A DNA stretch of 62,480 nucleotides, counting the filler, from Candidatus Coatesbacteria bacterium (GTDB taxonomy: Bacteria; JAFGND01): the NCBI GenBank assembly GCA_016927185.1. It is 4 parts of 4 records of this genome, joined end to end, with 100 filler letters (N's around TTAATTAATTAA, not from the genome) between each part and the next. Parts side by side here need not be neighbours in the genome. Positions count along the whole stretch, not along the records: positions 48,888 to 56,685 come from JAFGND010000055.1; positions 56,786 to 62,480 come from JAFGND010000056.1; 2 more parts are not named here. One strand, given 5' to 3'. Of the stretch, positions 50,425 through 60,180 are shown in pieces (position 1 is the stretch's first letter; each line of letters starts with the position of its first letter). The position numbers and the translations under genes were made by a program. The notes under the pieces are model-generated. The model had not been told where the DNA came from. It saw only the letters and a list, made by a program, of their open reading frames with translations, and did no database searches.

Positions 50425-52389
50425 ATGCTTGTAAAGTTGTTTCTGTTATTTGTCTTGATAAATGCAGATCCTCCATTAAGTTTCAAAGAGAAATTGTATC
50501 TGTCTTATGATCCGTTTGTTGCAGAGAGAGAGAGTAAAATAAGATCAGGAGTAAAGGATACTCCTCCGCCTCCTCCATGTGAGATAGTGATTGATATGAA
50601 GAGATACGATTTGTTTTTTCAACTGGATTTCAACAGGGAAAGCATAAATGGTTATAATACAATAACATGCGCTGCTCTTGAAGAGGGTCAAAATACAATC
50701 TACCTTGATTGTATAGATATTGAAGCTGATAGTGTGAAAACAAATAATCGCAGAATGGATTTCATGCAAGTTACTGATACTTTGAAAATATTCTGGGAGT
50801 CTGAATTGCCATTGAATGAGACTGTAACTTTTACAGTTTATTTTCATGGTCAACCAAAGGATGGTTTGTTTTTTGGTATCACATCAACAGACAAGCCTAT
50901 ATGCGAAACTACATCTGAGCCTATTGGAGTCAGACATTGGTTTCCCTGTCAGGATAGACCCGATGATAAAGTTTTGGTATCCATGAAAATAGCTGTGCCC
51001 AATGGTTTTATGGCAGTTTCAAATGGATTATATAAAGGAATGGCTGTAAATGAAAATGAAACTGTTTACAGCTGGGAATCGCAATACCAAACAGCAAGTT
51101 ATCTGATTTTCTTTGCAGCATCTTATTATGACATATTCAAGCAGGAATATAAAGACATGGGAATAAAGCACTATACTTACCCTGAACATAAAGATGCTGC
51201 TCAGGAAGCTTTCAAGAACATGCCTGAAATAATGTCACTTTTTGCAGATAAATATGGAGAATATCCATTCATTAAGGAAAAATATGGAATGATAGAGGTT
51301 ACTAGAAGTGGGGCAATGGAAAATCAGACCATAACTGCTATGAGTCAGAAGTATTATGCGGGAAGTGGAGCAGCGGAAAGAGTTGCAGCACATGAACTTG
51401 CCCATCATTGGTGGGGAGATGAAGTAACTTGTGCAACATGGTATGATTTGTGGTTGAATGAGAGCATGGCAACGTATTCTGAAATTGAATATTTCAAGCA
51501 CTTTCTTGGTGAAGAATCAATGCCGGAAATCAGGAAGCAGTATTATGACTGGATATTTCATTATCTTGATGAAATAGCAAGGTGGAAAGAATCTGTTTAT
51601 GGATATCACAGGGAAACATTCAGTTATCTTGTTTATGGAAAAGGTGCATTTGTCCTTGAAATGCTTAGACTCATTATAGGTGACAATGCTTTTTATGCTT
51701 CATTGATGGACTACAAGAATGAATATTCTTACAATCATGCATATACAGAAGATTTCATAGAAGCTTTTGAAAGAAATTCAAAACAGAATCTTAACTGGTT
51801 TTTCAAACAGTGGATATATAGTCCAGGCTGGCCTATAATTGTATGGGACTATGAAACAAATGGCAATAATGTAAGGATTTATCTTGAACAAGTTCAATCA
51901 AGGCAGCATCAAGGAGTTCCTCTTTTCAAGGCACCCATTGAGATATTGTTCAAGAACAATGATTCTCAGGTTAAGAAGACAGTCTGGATGGATGGGATAA
52001 ACGGTAGAGAGCAATTCGATTTCAATCTTGATTTTTCTCCGACTGAGATTATTTTCAATCCCGAAGTAAAACTATTATGCGAAGTCTTTTATAAAACAGA
52101 TTTTAATGAATATAAAACTGCTCATTTTAGCAAACTTCCTGAAAAGATTTTAATAGCTCCTCAACCTTGCAAAGACAAACTAAGAATTTCTTTAATTTTA
52201 AATGAAGCCAGATATGTGGAGATTCTTATTTATGACAATCTTGGGAGAAGAGTGAAGACATTGATAAGGAAAACAAAACTCGAAAAAGGAACTCATACTT
52301 TCAAGTATGATATAAATCTTTCTTCAGGTCATTATTATCTGGTTGAAAAAGAAAGGGGATTATCTCAATCTCTTATTATATTGAAATAG
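50425..52389 (+). CDS. M1-family aminopeptidase with C-terminal sorting-like domain
   Basis: WFPC.D.P.DK, GAMEN, HELAH-x18-E (WLNES), VYGKG; C-terminal PQP..IYDNLGR.V..SGHY. Confidence 0.92.
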   Translation: MLVKLFLLFVLINADPPLSFKEKLYLSYDPFVAERESKIRSGVKDTPPPPPCEIVIDMKRYDLFFQLDFNRESINGYNTITCAALEEGQNTIYLDCIDIEADSVKTNNRRMDFMQVTDTLKIFWESELPLNETVTFTVYFHGQPKDGLFFGITSTDKPICETTSEPIGVRHWFPCQDRPDDKVLVSMKIAVPNGFMAVSNGLYKGMAVNENETVYSWESQYQTASYLIFFAASYYDIFKQEYKDMGIKHYTYPEHKDAAQEAFKNMPEIMSLFADKYGEYPFIKEKYGMIEVTRSGAMENQTITAMSQKYYAGSGAAERVAAHELAHHWWGDEVTCATWYDLWLNESMATYSEIEYFKHFLGEESMPEIRKQYYDWIFHYLDEIARWKESVYGYHRETFSYLVYGKGAFVLEMLRLIIGDNAFYASLMDYKNEYSYNHAYTEDFIEAFERNSKQNLNWFFKQWIYSPGWPIIVWDYETNGNNVRIYLEQVQSRQHQGVPLFKAPIEILFKNNDSQVKKTVWMDGINGREQFDFNLDFSPTEIIFNPEVKLLCEVFYKTDFNEYKTAHFSKLPEKILIAPQPCKDKLRISLILNEARYVEILIYDNLGRRVKTLIRKTKLEKGTHTFKYDINLSSGHYYLVEKERGLSQSLIILK

Positions 52390-52427
52390 AACTTGACACT
52401 GTATTAATTTCCTGAAAACCAGTTTTC

Positions 52428-54884
52428 ATGGCTAAAAAGAAGTTATCAGGTTCTGTTAAATCTATAGATGCAGCAGAGAAGCTGGAATTTTCGAAAAATA
52501 ATCTTATTATTTTCATTCCTTTTGCAGTTTTCTTTCTTGGAATTTCCTTTTTCGGATTCAATCTTGTTCAGACAACAACGAGTGCGAAACCTTTCATAGC
52601 ATCAATTTCCTTTATAATGCTGGGGCTTTGCACCTTGTTGATTATCAAGAATATAATCAAGGACGATGATAACTGGAGTTTGCCAAATTCATTTTTCGTT
52701 ATTCTGGTTTTCTTCCTTTACCAGTTCGTAAATCACTTTCTTGTATCATCTTATCCTCATTCATCAGTAAGGGAAATGGTTTTTCAGATCCTATACCTTT
52801 TTGCTTTTACATGGGGATTTTTTGCCATCAGGAATAGCTTTTTCAAGAGGCTTGCTCCTCTGTTCATGATATTAACCGGAGTATTGGTTGTATTGAATGG
52901 TATATTGAAGATAATGGGGATTAATATTGCAGGATATTCTGGAGATATTGGAACGCAGATGGCATCCACAATGGGGAATCCAAATTACCTTGCTGGTTAT
53001 TTGATATTGCTAATTCCTGTTGCATGCGCTCTGACATATAACACATCAAGAGATAACATAAATAGGTGGTCCTTCTATATCCCTGTTTCAGCATTGTTGA
53101 TAATAGGTCTTTTCCTGACAAGAGGAAGAGGTGCATTAATAGCATTTTTTATTGCAATTTTGATAGGTGCATGGTATAACATGAAGAAGGGAAAAGCAAG
53201 GACAACAATCGCTTATACAGCGGGATTACTTATACTTATCCTGATCCTGATCCGTTTTACCAAGCCCATGTGGCTGGCTCCATTGGCCGCAGGTACACTC
53301 AAGGTAAGGTTGATTATATGGCAGGGAGCATGGAAATCTATCATAGACAAACCTTTATTTGGCTGGGGAATAGGGACATTCAGGGAGGTTTTCCCTTTTT
53401 ACAGAAGCATTTACTATGCCCTGAATGATCTTAGTACAGCAACAGATCACGCTCATTGTGGATACCTTGAAATCCTCCAGAATTCAGGTATTATTGGATT
53501 GTTTTTATATGTCACAATGTTCTATTTCATTACAAAATCATTCAAGAAGATATGGGAGGATGATAAGGATAAAAACAGATATCTTGCTTTCGGTTTGGCA
53601 GGAGGAATTCTTGCTGCTCTTATCGAGAATCAGATAGGTGTAAATCAATATATCTTTCCTGTTTATATCATTTTCTGGCTTCAGGTTGGCATGCTGGAAG
53701 GACTCGCATCAGGTAAAAAAGAGGGTTTTATTAAAATTCCCCTGGCATACAGAAAGATGCTAACGATAATCTCAACTACCATATTGATAGTACTTGGAGC
53801 TTACAACCTGAGGTATTTCTATAATGCAATGATTTCACAGAAATCTACCAAATTACTTGAAAAAGTATCTGATAATCTTGATAAGGAGCTTGACTATCTT
53901 GCTTCCTATCTGGAAAAAATGGAGAAGGAAGGCAAAAAGGCAGAGTATTACAGCCAGCCTTTGAGAATATTGAAAGAAGGAGAAAAAGAGATAGAAACTG
54001 CACTCAAAGCAGATCCTTTTAATTTCTCCGCTTTGTATCAATCAGCAGGATTTTATTTCAGGTTTTCAAGCTGGTATATGCTTCAGAAGAAATATCATGA
54101 TACACTGGGAGGAGATAAAGTTATTGGTGATACTTTGAAGGTGAGAGAGAAAGAGATTGAAGCTCTTGACAAAGCACTTCAATACTACTTGAGGCTTGAG
54201 AAAATTGCACCAAGATATGCTGAATTGCAGCATAATATTGCAATGCTTCTATATCAGAAATCAGATTACAATGGAGCATTATCAAGGCTTGGGATTGCTG
54301 CTAATCAGGATATAGTAACTGCAAGAGAGCATATAGATATTATCATAAAGAATGGACTTCCCTCAAAATATGATAATCATGAAAACAGAATGACTATTGT
54401 AAAATCAATCTCGATAATTCCCAGGCTTTCCAGAGGTCAAGCTCAGTTAGATTTTAGTAGATTACCTGCTGAACAGATGTATGATAGATGGAAAAAAATC
54501 CAGGAAATCAAGAAACCTTATAGATACAGGAAATTGGGGAATCAGGTGACTGCTTTGGCTGCATTGATAAGGACTCTTAATCTTACAAAGGAAGAAACTA
54601 GTGAAGCAATAACTATTGTTATGAATACGATAAAAATGAGAAGTTTCGAAATGGGTGAACTTGCTTCATTATTGGGATATCTGTATGAAAGAAACGGAGA
54701 ATTAGAAAATGCTGAATTAGCTTATACCTGGTCACTGAATTATGAACCTGACAATGTTTCTACAAGAGTTTTTCTGATGCTTTTGTATTCAAGAATGGAA
54801 AAAAAGCAGAAGGAATATAAGGAATTGGAGGAAATGAATCAGGAGTTCATGCCTATCTTGAAAGGTTATTTTCCAGTCCCTTGA
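52428..54884 (+). CDS. O-antigen ligase-family membrane protein with TPR-like C-terminus
   Basis: About 12 TM; GNPNYLA, TRGRG, R..IW, KPLFGWG.G.F, HAH..YL...G..G; helical repeats after the last TM. Confidence 0.85.
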   Translation: MAKKKLSGSVKSIDAAEKLEFSKNNLIIFIPFAVFFLGISFFGFNLVQTTTSAKPFIASISFIMLGLCTLLIIKNIIKDDDNWSLPNSFFVILVFFLYQFVNHFLVSSYPHSSVREMVFQILYLFAFTWGFFAIRNSFFKRLAPLFMILTGVLVVLNGILKIMGINIAGYSGDIGTQMASTMGNPNYLAGYLILLIPVACALTYNTSRDNINRWSFYIPVSALLIIGLFLTRGRGALIAFFIAILIGAWYNMKKGKARTTIAYTAGLLILILILIRFTKPMWLAPLAAGTLKVRLIIWQGAWKSIIDKPLFGWGIGTFREVFPFYRSIYYALNDLSTATDHAHCGYLEILQNSGIIGLFLYVTMFYFITKSFKKIWEDDKDKNRYLAFGLAGGILAALIENQIGVNQYIFPVYIIFWLQVGMLEGLASGKKEGFIKIPLAYRKMLTIISTTILIVLGAYNLRYFYNAMISQKSTKLLEKVSDNLDKELDYLASYLEKMEKEGKKAEYYSQPLRILKEGEKEIETALKADPFNFSALYQSAGFYFRFSSWYMLQKKYHDTLGGDKVIGDTLKVREKEIEALDKALQYYLRLEKIAPRYAELQHNIAMLLYQKSDYNGALSRLGIAANQDIVTAREHIDIIIKNGLPSKYDNHENRMTIVKSISIIPRLSRGQAQLDFSRLPAEQMYDRWKKIQEIKKPYRYRKLGNQVTALAALIRTLNLTKEETSEAITIVMNTIKMRSFEMGELASLLGYLYERNGELENAELAYTWSLNYEPDNVSTRVFLMLLYSRMEKKQKEYKELEEMNQEFMPILKGYFPVP

Positions 54885-55475
54885 TTACCATCTTCTTTTA
54901 CCCCTGCTTCCCTGAGGTTCAATAGTGAGGAACTGAGGTGGGATCTCTTTTACAAGATAAATATTATTCTGGGATCTATAAAAAACAATTCCAGCTTTAT
55001 GTGCAGCTAAAGCCAATACTTTGAAGACAGCAGGTTTGGGATCCCTTCTCAAACCAACATTCACTGCTTCCTTCAAACTAGCAGATAAATGAACAAAATT
55101 TCTTCCCTGAGGTTTCAATCCATCCTTGAAAATAGTTGCTACATTATCTTGTGTTGTGCCATGAAACAACTCAGTTGGAGGGACTATTTCTGGATAGAAT
55201 ATCTTCATGTTTTCTATTGAATGACCATAGTTTGCTCCGATACGATTCTCTTGTTCATCATATCTGTATCTTTGCTTGGGATCATCTTTAACAAGAGGAT
55301 CCAAATCTTCCTTGACCAATGTCCATCCTTTTGTCTTATATAAAACATCCAGAAGTTTGAAGATATCGATCATTCCGTCTTCATCAAGACTGAGACCAAA
55401 TTCTTCAGGATGATGTCTTAAAATATAAGCCAGTGTTTTAGATAGTCGCTCTTCAAAATTCTCTTGTTTATTCAT
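54885..55475 (-). CDS. kptA: RNA 2'-phosphotransferase (Tpt1/KptA)
   Basis: LAYILRH, KQRY, ANYGHS, HGT, VHLS. Confidence 0.92.
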   Translation of the reverse strand: MNKQENFEERLSKTLAYILRHHPEEFGLSLDEDGMIDIFKLLDVLYKTKGWTLVKEDLDPLVKDDPKQRYRYDEQENRIGANYGHSIENMKIFYPEIVPPTELFHGTTQDNVATIFKDGLKPQGRNFVHLSASLKEAVNVGLRRDPKPAVFKVLALAAHKAGIVFYRSQNNIYLVKEIPPQFLTIEPQGSRGKRRW

Positions 55476-55523
55476 GAATCTCTTTGCCTTTTCTTATATT
55501 AGTCAATGTTATGTCAACATAAA

Positions 55524-55952
55524 TCAATGAGGATATGGATGATTTTTTATCAAGCATTGGGTTCTATATAGCTGTTCAAACAAAATAACCTCTGCAAGCA
55601 TATGCGGGAAAGTCAGTTTGGATAGAGACCATAAATTATCAGGATGATTCATCTGCCAGTTATCATTGTAACCATATGAGCCACCGATAAATAAAAAGAC
55701 CTCTTTTCCCCCTCCATTTATGAACTGGTTCCATATTCCCGCAAGTTCTTGATTATCATATATTTTTCCTTTTTCATCAAGGATGAAAAAAAGGGATTTC
55801 ACTGATATCTGTTTAATTAACAAATCATGCCTTGAAGGATTAATGTATCTCCTCTCAATCTGCCAGTGAAAAGAAATCCTTTCCTTATAATCTTCCACAA
55901 GCTTTAAGAAATGACTCTTCAGCTTGTTTGATGAATAAACAGTTATCTTCAC
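55524..55952 (-). CDS. rlmH: 23S rRNA (pseudouridine1915-N3)-methyltransferase
   Basis: LDEKGK, FIGGSYG, SLSKLTFPH, EQLYR, HPY; GTG start. Confidence 0.88.
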   Translation of the reverse strand: MKITVYSSNKLKSHFLKLVEDYKERISFHWQIERRYINPSRHDLLIKQISVKSLFFILDEKGKIYDNQELAGIWNQFINGGGKEVFLFIGGSYGYNDNWQMNHPDNLWSLSKLTFPHMLAEVILFEQLYRTQCLIKNHPYPH

Positions 55953-56685
55953 TTTTCAAAAAGATTGATATTATCCTTCATCCAGTTAAAAAGCAATTCA
56001 ATCCCTTGTTTTTTATTGATTTTTGGATACCAGCCAAGCAATTTACATGCTTTGGAAATATCTGAAATATATATTTTCTGATCTCCAGGCCTCCAGTCAT
56101 TAAATGCAAAACTTATCTCATGATTGACAAGACTTTTCAGCATATCTATCAGCTCAAGCAGTGAAATAGTGTTCTTGCTTCCGCCCCCAATGTTGAAAAT
56201 CTTCCTGTTTGATTTTTGAGGATTTGATGTAGCTATATCGAATGCATTTACCAGGTCATTTATAAACAAGATATCCCTGACTTGCATTCCATCTCCATAT
56301 ATCTGAATTGGAATATCTGTAAGTGCGCATCTGGCAAAATGAGCCACCCATCCCTGATCCTCATTACCGAATTGGTGAATTCCATAAATACAGCTCATTC
56401 TGAAGACAGTTATTGGTAAATCATATATTCTTGAATAATCCCTGAAATATTGATCAGCACCTCCCTTTGAGCATCCATAAGGTGAATGAAAATCCAGAGG
56501 CCATTCTTCGCTTATTCCTTCAGGGAAATCTGCATAGCAATATCTGTTTTTATCAAGAATTACTTTTGCTGTTTCCATACCCCCATAAACCTTGTTAGTG
56601 GAAGTAAAAAGAGTGACAGGTTTCTTTCCAGATAACCTTATTGCTTCCAGTACATTGAATGAACCAAGCAGATTGCATTCAAAAT
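55949..56685 (-). CDS. NAD-dependent epimerase/dehydratase (CDP-paratose 2-epimerase-like), 5'-truncated by contig end
   Basis: Frame continues upstream of the ORF-track start (..GSFNVLEA..FTSTNKVYG..); SPYGCSK, FRMSCIYG, QFG.EDQGWVAHF, GDG.QVRD, RPGDQ. Confidence 0.88.
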
Positions 56686-56785
56686 NNNNNNNNNNNNNNN
56701 NNNNNNNNNNNNNNNNNNNNNNNNNNNNNTTAATTAATTAANNNNNNNNNNNNNNNNNNNNNNNNNNNNNNNNNNNNNNNNNNNN
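56686..56785. other. Artificial contig-joining spacer
   Basis: N44-TTAATTAATTAA-N44. Confidence 0.97.
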
Positions 56786-56838
56786 ATAGATTTTATAAAA
56801 GTATTGCCAAAAATAAGGAATAAATTCAAGGAGGAAAA

Positions 56839-58179
56839 ATGAAGATTTTAGTCATAGTATTAATCTTTATTCTGCCAAACCTTCTTTTATCCAAACCAGG
56901 GGATCTTCTCTGGAGATATAAATGTACAGACAAATTCTATACTTCCAGTCCTATAGCTGATAATGAGAAGGTTTATTTTGCTAACGAAAGTCTTTATGCT
57001 TTTACAAAAAAAGGTGATTTCAAATGGTCATATAGAATGACAGCAAGAAGTTTTAATACTCCATGCATGGATGAAAACATAATAATCTATGTCTCATTAA
57101 TTGGAAATACAGTATATGCATGCAGTACAAGTTCAGGAAAGGAGAGATGGAAAAAAACTATAAGCACTGACCCTTATGGAAAAATTGAGACATTATTGCC
57201 AATCATAGGAAACGGGATTTGCTTCTTTACTACACAAAATGCTTATGTTTTCGGGCTGGATATTCCTAATGGGAACACTGTTCTTTGTTCAAAAATAGAT
57301 GGGGCTTTTCCATTAAAATCACCTGTTTTCAGCCAGAATAAGATATATGTCCCTGACAGTTCATATCCGAATAACTGTTCAATATATTGCATAAATGCAA
57401 CAAATGGTTCACAGATCTGGAAATATACTACTGACACTTATCTGCAATATGAACTTCTGGTTGTCAATAATATGGTTTATATTGGCGGATACAACAGTTA
57501 TGCTTATGCCTTGAATGCAGAAACTGGACAGTTAATATGGAAAGTATTTGCTTCTTATGCAAGCAGGTTTGCAGACAGCAAGCCTTGTTATTCAAATGGC
57601 ATAGTTTACTTTCCTGGAATGAAATCTGAAATTGATACAGGACATCTTTTTGCATTTAATGCTGCTAATGGAGAAAAAATCTGGGAGAGACTTGACGGTG
57701 AATTTACCAGAATAAAATTTCCTGCTATTGACAATGAGGCTATTTATTTAGGTGGAGAATCTTATATATATACTAATCAAGTATATGCAATTAACAAGGT
57801 TAATGGACAGACTATGTGGACTTTTTGGCACGATGGAAATCTTATATATCAGTCTTCTCCTTGTGCATCTGATGGTATAGTATTTATTGGAAATAATGAT
57901 AATTACCTCTATGCTATTGAAACCTATGGCTATACAGGTTTCAAGGATAACAAATCAGCTTCATATCTTCCAGCTAAATCCCTCTCTGTTTCACCTAACC
58001 CCTTCTCTTCCCGCTTGTCACTCTCCCTGCCATCTTCAGGTGCAGTCTATTCCCTGACTGGTCAACTGGTTATGAACCTTAGCAAAGGCAAGCTTTCTGT
58101 TGATACTAGCAAATGGAGAGAGGGAGTCTATATTGTGAAGAGTGGCATGGAATGCAAGAGGATAGTGAAAATCAGATAA
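56839..58179 (+). CDS. Secreted PQQ-like beta-propeller protein with C-terminal sorting-like domain (paralogue of 47217-48515)
   Basis: SD AAGGAGG; signal peptide then PGDLLWRY; YA.NA..G..IW repeats; C-terminus SPNPFSSRLSLSLPSS..YSLTGQL. Confidence 0.85.
   Translation: MKILVIVLIFILPNLLLSKPGDLLWRYKCTDKFYTSSPIADNEKVYFANESLYAFTKKGDFKWSYRMTARSFNTPCMDENIIIYVSLIGNTVYACSTSSGKERWKKTISTDPYGKIETLLPIIGNGICFFTTQNAYVFGLDIPNGNTVLCSKIDGAFPLKSPVFSQNKIYVPDSSYPNNCSIYCINATNGSQIWKYTTDTYLQYELLVVNNMVYIGGYNSYAYALNAETGQLIWKVFASYASRFADSKPCYSNGIVYFPGMKSEIDTGHLFAFNAANGEKIWERLDGEFTRIKFPAIDNEAIYLGGESYIYTNQVYAINKVNGQTMWTFWHDGNLIYQSSPCASDGIVFIGNNDNYLYAIETYGYTGFKDNKSASYLPAKSLSVSPNPFSSRLSLSLPSSGAVYSLTGQLVMNLSKGKLSVDTSKWREGVYIVKSGMECKRIVKIR
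57905..58169 (+). repeat. Dispersed repeat, copy 2
   Basis: Colinear with 48241-48505 at a constant offset. Confidence 0.85.
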
Positions 58180-58537
58180 AAAATAGACAGGAATATGCGT
58201 CTTTTTAAATCCATGTATAATAAAGGATTATAAGATTGCTATTCCAGGAAATGCCTATATAACTTGATTTCCACGCAGAACTTAAAATACTTAGAACAAG
58301 AATAGATAATCCTTCAGAAGAATCCTTGTATGTTTTGAGGGAAGCAGCTAGAATGATAAGATAGAAATTATTATATGCACGGATAGCAGGATATACAACC
58401 TCTTTTTTCTCAGCTATGAAATAGGGATAACTTTCAAGAGGTTGTTATCTAAAGCAATATAAGCGTATTCTAGTGGGTATTAAATCAAGATTCTATAATC
58501 CATTTTTCTTCATGAAAATAAAAAGCCTGCTTAAAAC

Positions 58538-58612
58538 TTAATTCAATATTAACCATTTATTTATTCTATTTTAACAATGCTTTTTCATTATATTTAGACA
58601 ATCAGATATAAT
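58538..58612 (+). promoter_or_regulatory. Promoter with 11-bp-phased direct repeats (Pho-box-like)
   Basis: Hexamers TTAATT, TTAACC, TTTATT, TTAACA, TTTTCA, TTTAGA start at 58538, 58549, 58560, 58571, 58582, 58593; TATAAT at 58607-58612; no good -35. Confidence 0.45.
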
Positions 58613-58679
58613 ATTTTTTCTCCCTGATTTAAAGAGGATATGAAGATTAATACCATATACAATAAAGAGAGGAGCATTC

Positions 58680-59861
58680 TTGGGAAAAAGTATAAAAATA
58701 ATTAATTTAAGCAAGTTAAATTATGAAAAAGATAATTGGAAGCATACAGTAGAATTCACAAATGAAATAAGGGAATTTGAAAGAGACATTTTCCTGAAAA
58801 TAATATCTGATAGATTATCAGCAGAAGACATAAAGACAATTGAAACACCTTCAATTATTTATCCGCAAGAGAAAAGCGTTCTTGCTGTACACTGGCATCC
58901 AGAATTCATCCCAATAGATCTTATAAAAAAAAGAATCCATAATACTTTCCCTTCCTTCAAGAATGAACTCATTATTCCAACTCAACACAATGTTGTACTG
59001 AATTATAACGACTATTATGGAGTTGAAATTGACTGTTTTTCAAAGGAATTCAATAGAAAAGTCCAGTTGCTTCTTCATTTCAAGAACTATGATCCTGAAA
59101 AGGCAGTAACACTAAATTCAATTATAGAACATACTTTCAAGTACAGATCAAAGCAGCTTTTTGAATTAATTCACTTTATAACTTCACCTTCAATGGAAGA
59201 CAAATTCAAAATCGCAATCAAGGAGACAGAATCAGATGATTTGATAGTTGCTTTTCTTAAATATCATACAAGTAAACTTGATCAATTAATCCAGACCTAT
59301 GACAGCAAGATTCCAGTTTGGGCAATACAAAACAAACTCCTGCGGAACTATATTGATGAACTTCGCTTCTTCTACGACGAAAAAACTATTCATCGTACGC
59401 AGCTTCTTTTTTCAGCTGTAAAAAGGATGGTAAAAAAGGATTTTAATGTTGAATATTTTTATAATACTAAGGATTTAATAGAAGAAGCAAGATCAGCTAA
59501 TGCTGGAATAGTTATTCCCCATCCAGAGCAATTCTGGCCAATTCTCCTTGCTGATTATGATGTTGATGGCTATGAAGTCTGGAATCCACAATCCAGAGAA
59601 TTCACTAATTTTCTTATGAACGTACTTATAAAACAAAACAAGACGTTGCAATTCAAAGATAAACCCCTGCTTTTATTTATGGGAGATGACACTCACATGG
59701 GTGAGAAAATAAGAGCTTTGGAGCTTCAGGATCCTGAAAAAGCAGGAAGGGAAATCGGAGTTCAGCTTGGATGGGAAGATCCTGATGTACAAAAAACTCT
59801 AATTGCATCAGGATTCAGCAAGGAGAGAATTATAGATGAATATAAATCAAGGCTTGAATAA
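58680..59861 (+). CDS. Uncharacterised protein with PHP-phosphoesterase-like C-terminal motifs; first gene of GAK-type operon
   Basis: TTG start with SD GAGGAG; HWHPE, PTQHN, IPHPE, DGYEVWN, GDDTH. Confidence 0.7.
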   Translation: MGKSIKIINLSKLNYEKDNWKHTVEFTNEIREFERDIFLKIISDRLSAEDIKTIETPSIIYPQEKSVLAVHWHPEFIPIDLIKKRIHNTFPSFKNELIIPTQHNVVLNYNDYYGVEIDCFSKEFNRKVQLLLHFKNYDPEKAVTLNSIIEHTFKYRSKQLFELIHFITSPSMEDKFKIAIKETESDDLIVAFLKYHTSKLDQLIQTYDSKIPVWAIQNKLLRNYIDELRFFYDEKTIHRTQLLFSAVKRMVKKDFNVEYFYNTKDLIEEARSANAGIVIPHPEQFWPILLADYDVDGYEVWNPQSREFTNFLMNVLIKQNKTLQFKDKPLLLFMGDDTHMGEKIRALELQDPEKAGREIGVQLGWEDPDVQKTLIASGFSKERIIDEYKSRLE

Positions 59862-59894
59862 AACTACAAGAGCTGATACAGAAAGGAGATAAAA

Positions 59895-60167
59895 ATGCCC
59901 AATGAAAACACTGATTTCGTTTTTGAATCACTGCAGGATTTAAAATCAATAGTAAAGTATCTTAATGCGATTAGTGATGGTTTCTCGAAAGGCAAAATAA
60001 TACTAGGGAGTAAGGATAAGAAAATAGTGCTCGAACCTGCTGAACTGCTTAAACTTGAAGTCAAAGCTAAAAAAAAGGATAACAAAGTAAAGATATCAGT
60101 AAAATGCAGCTGGAAAGAGAATGATGATCAGAAGGAATTTAAATCAGATAATTTAAGTGTGGAGTGA
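59895..60167 (+). CDS. Amphi-Trp domain protein
   Basis: 90 aa; F.FES.QD...I.KYL..I..GF..G.I.L, alternating beta pattern ending ISVKCSWK. Confidence 0.8.
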   Translation: MPNENTDFVFESLQDLKSIVKYLNAISDGFSKGKIILGSKDKKIVLEPAELLKLEVKAKKKDNKVKISVKCSWKENDDQKEFKSDNLSVE

Positions 60168-60180
60168 AGGAATTTAAGGA

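Noticed and set aside
47217-58179. Diversity-generating retroelement template/variable repeat pair
   Set aside because: Both copies are in-frame gene ends, differences are not confined to adenines, and no reverse transcriptase is in the window.
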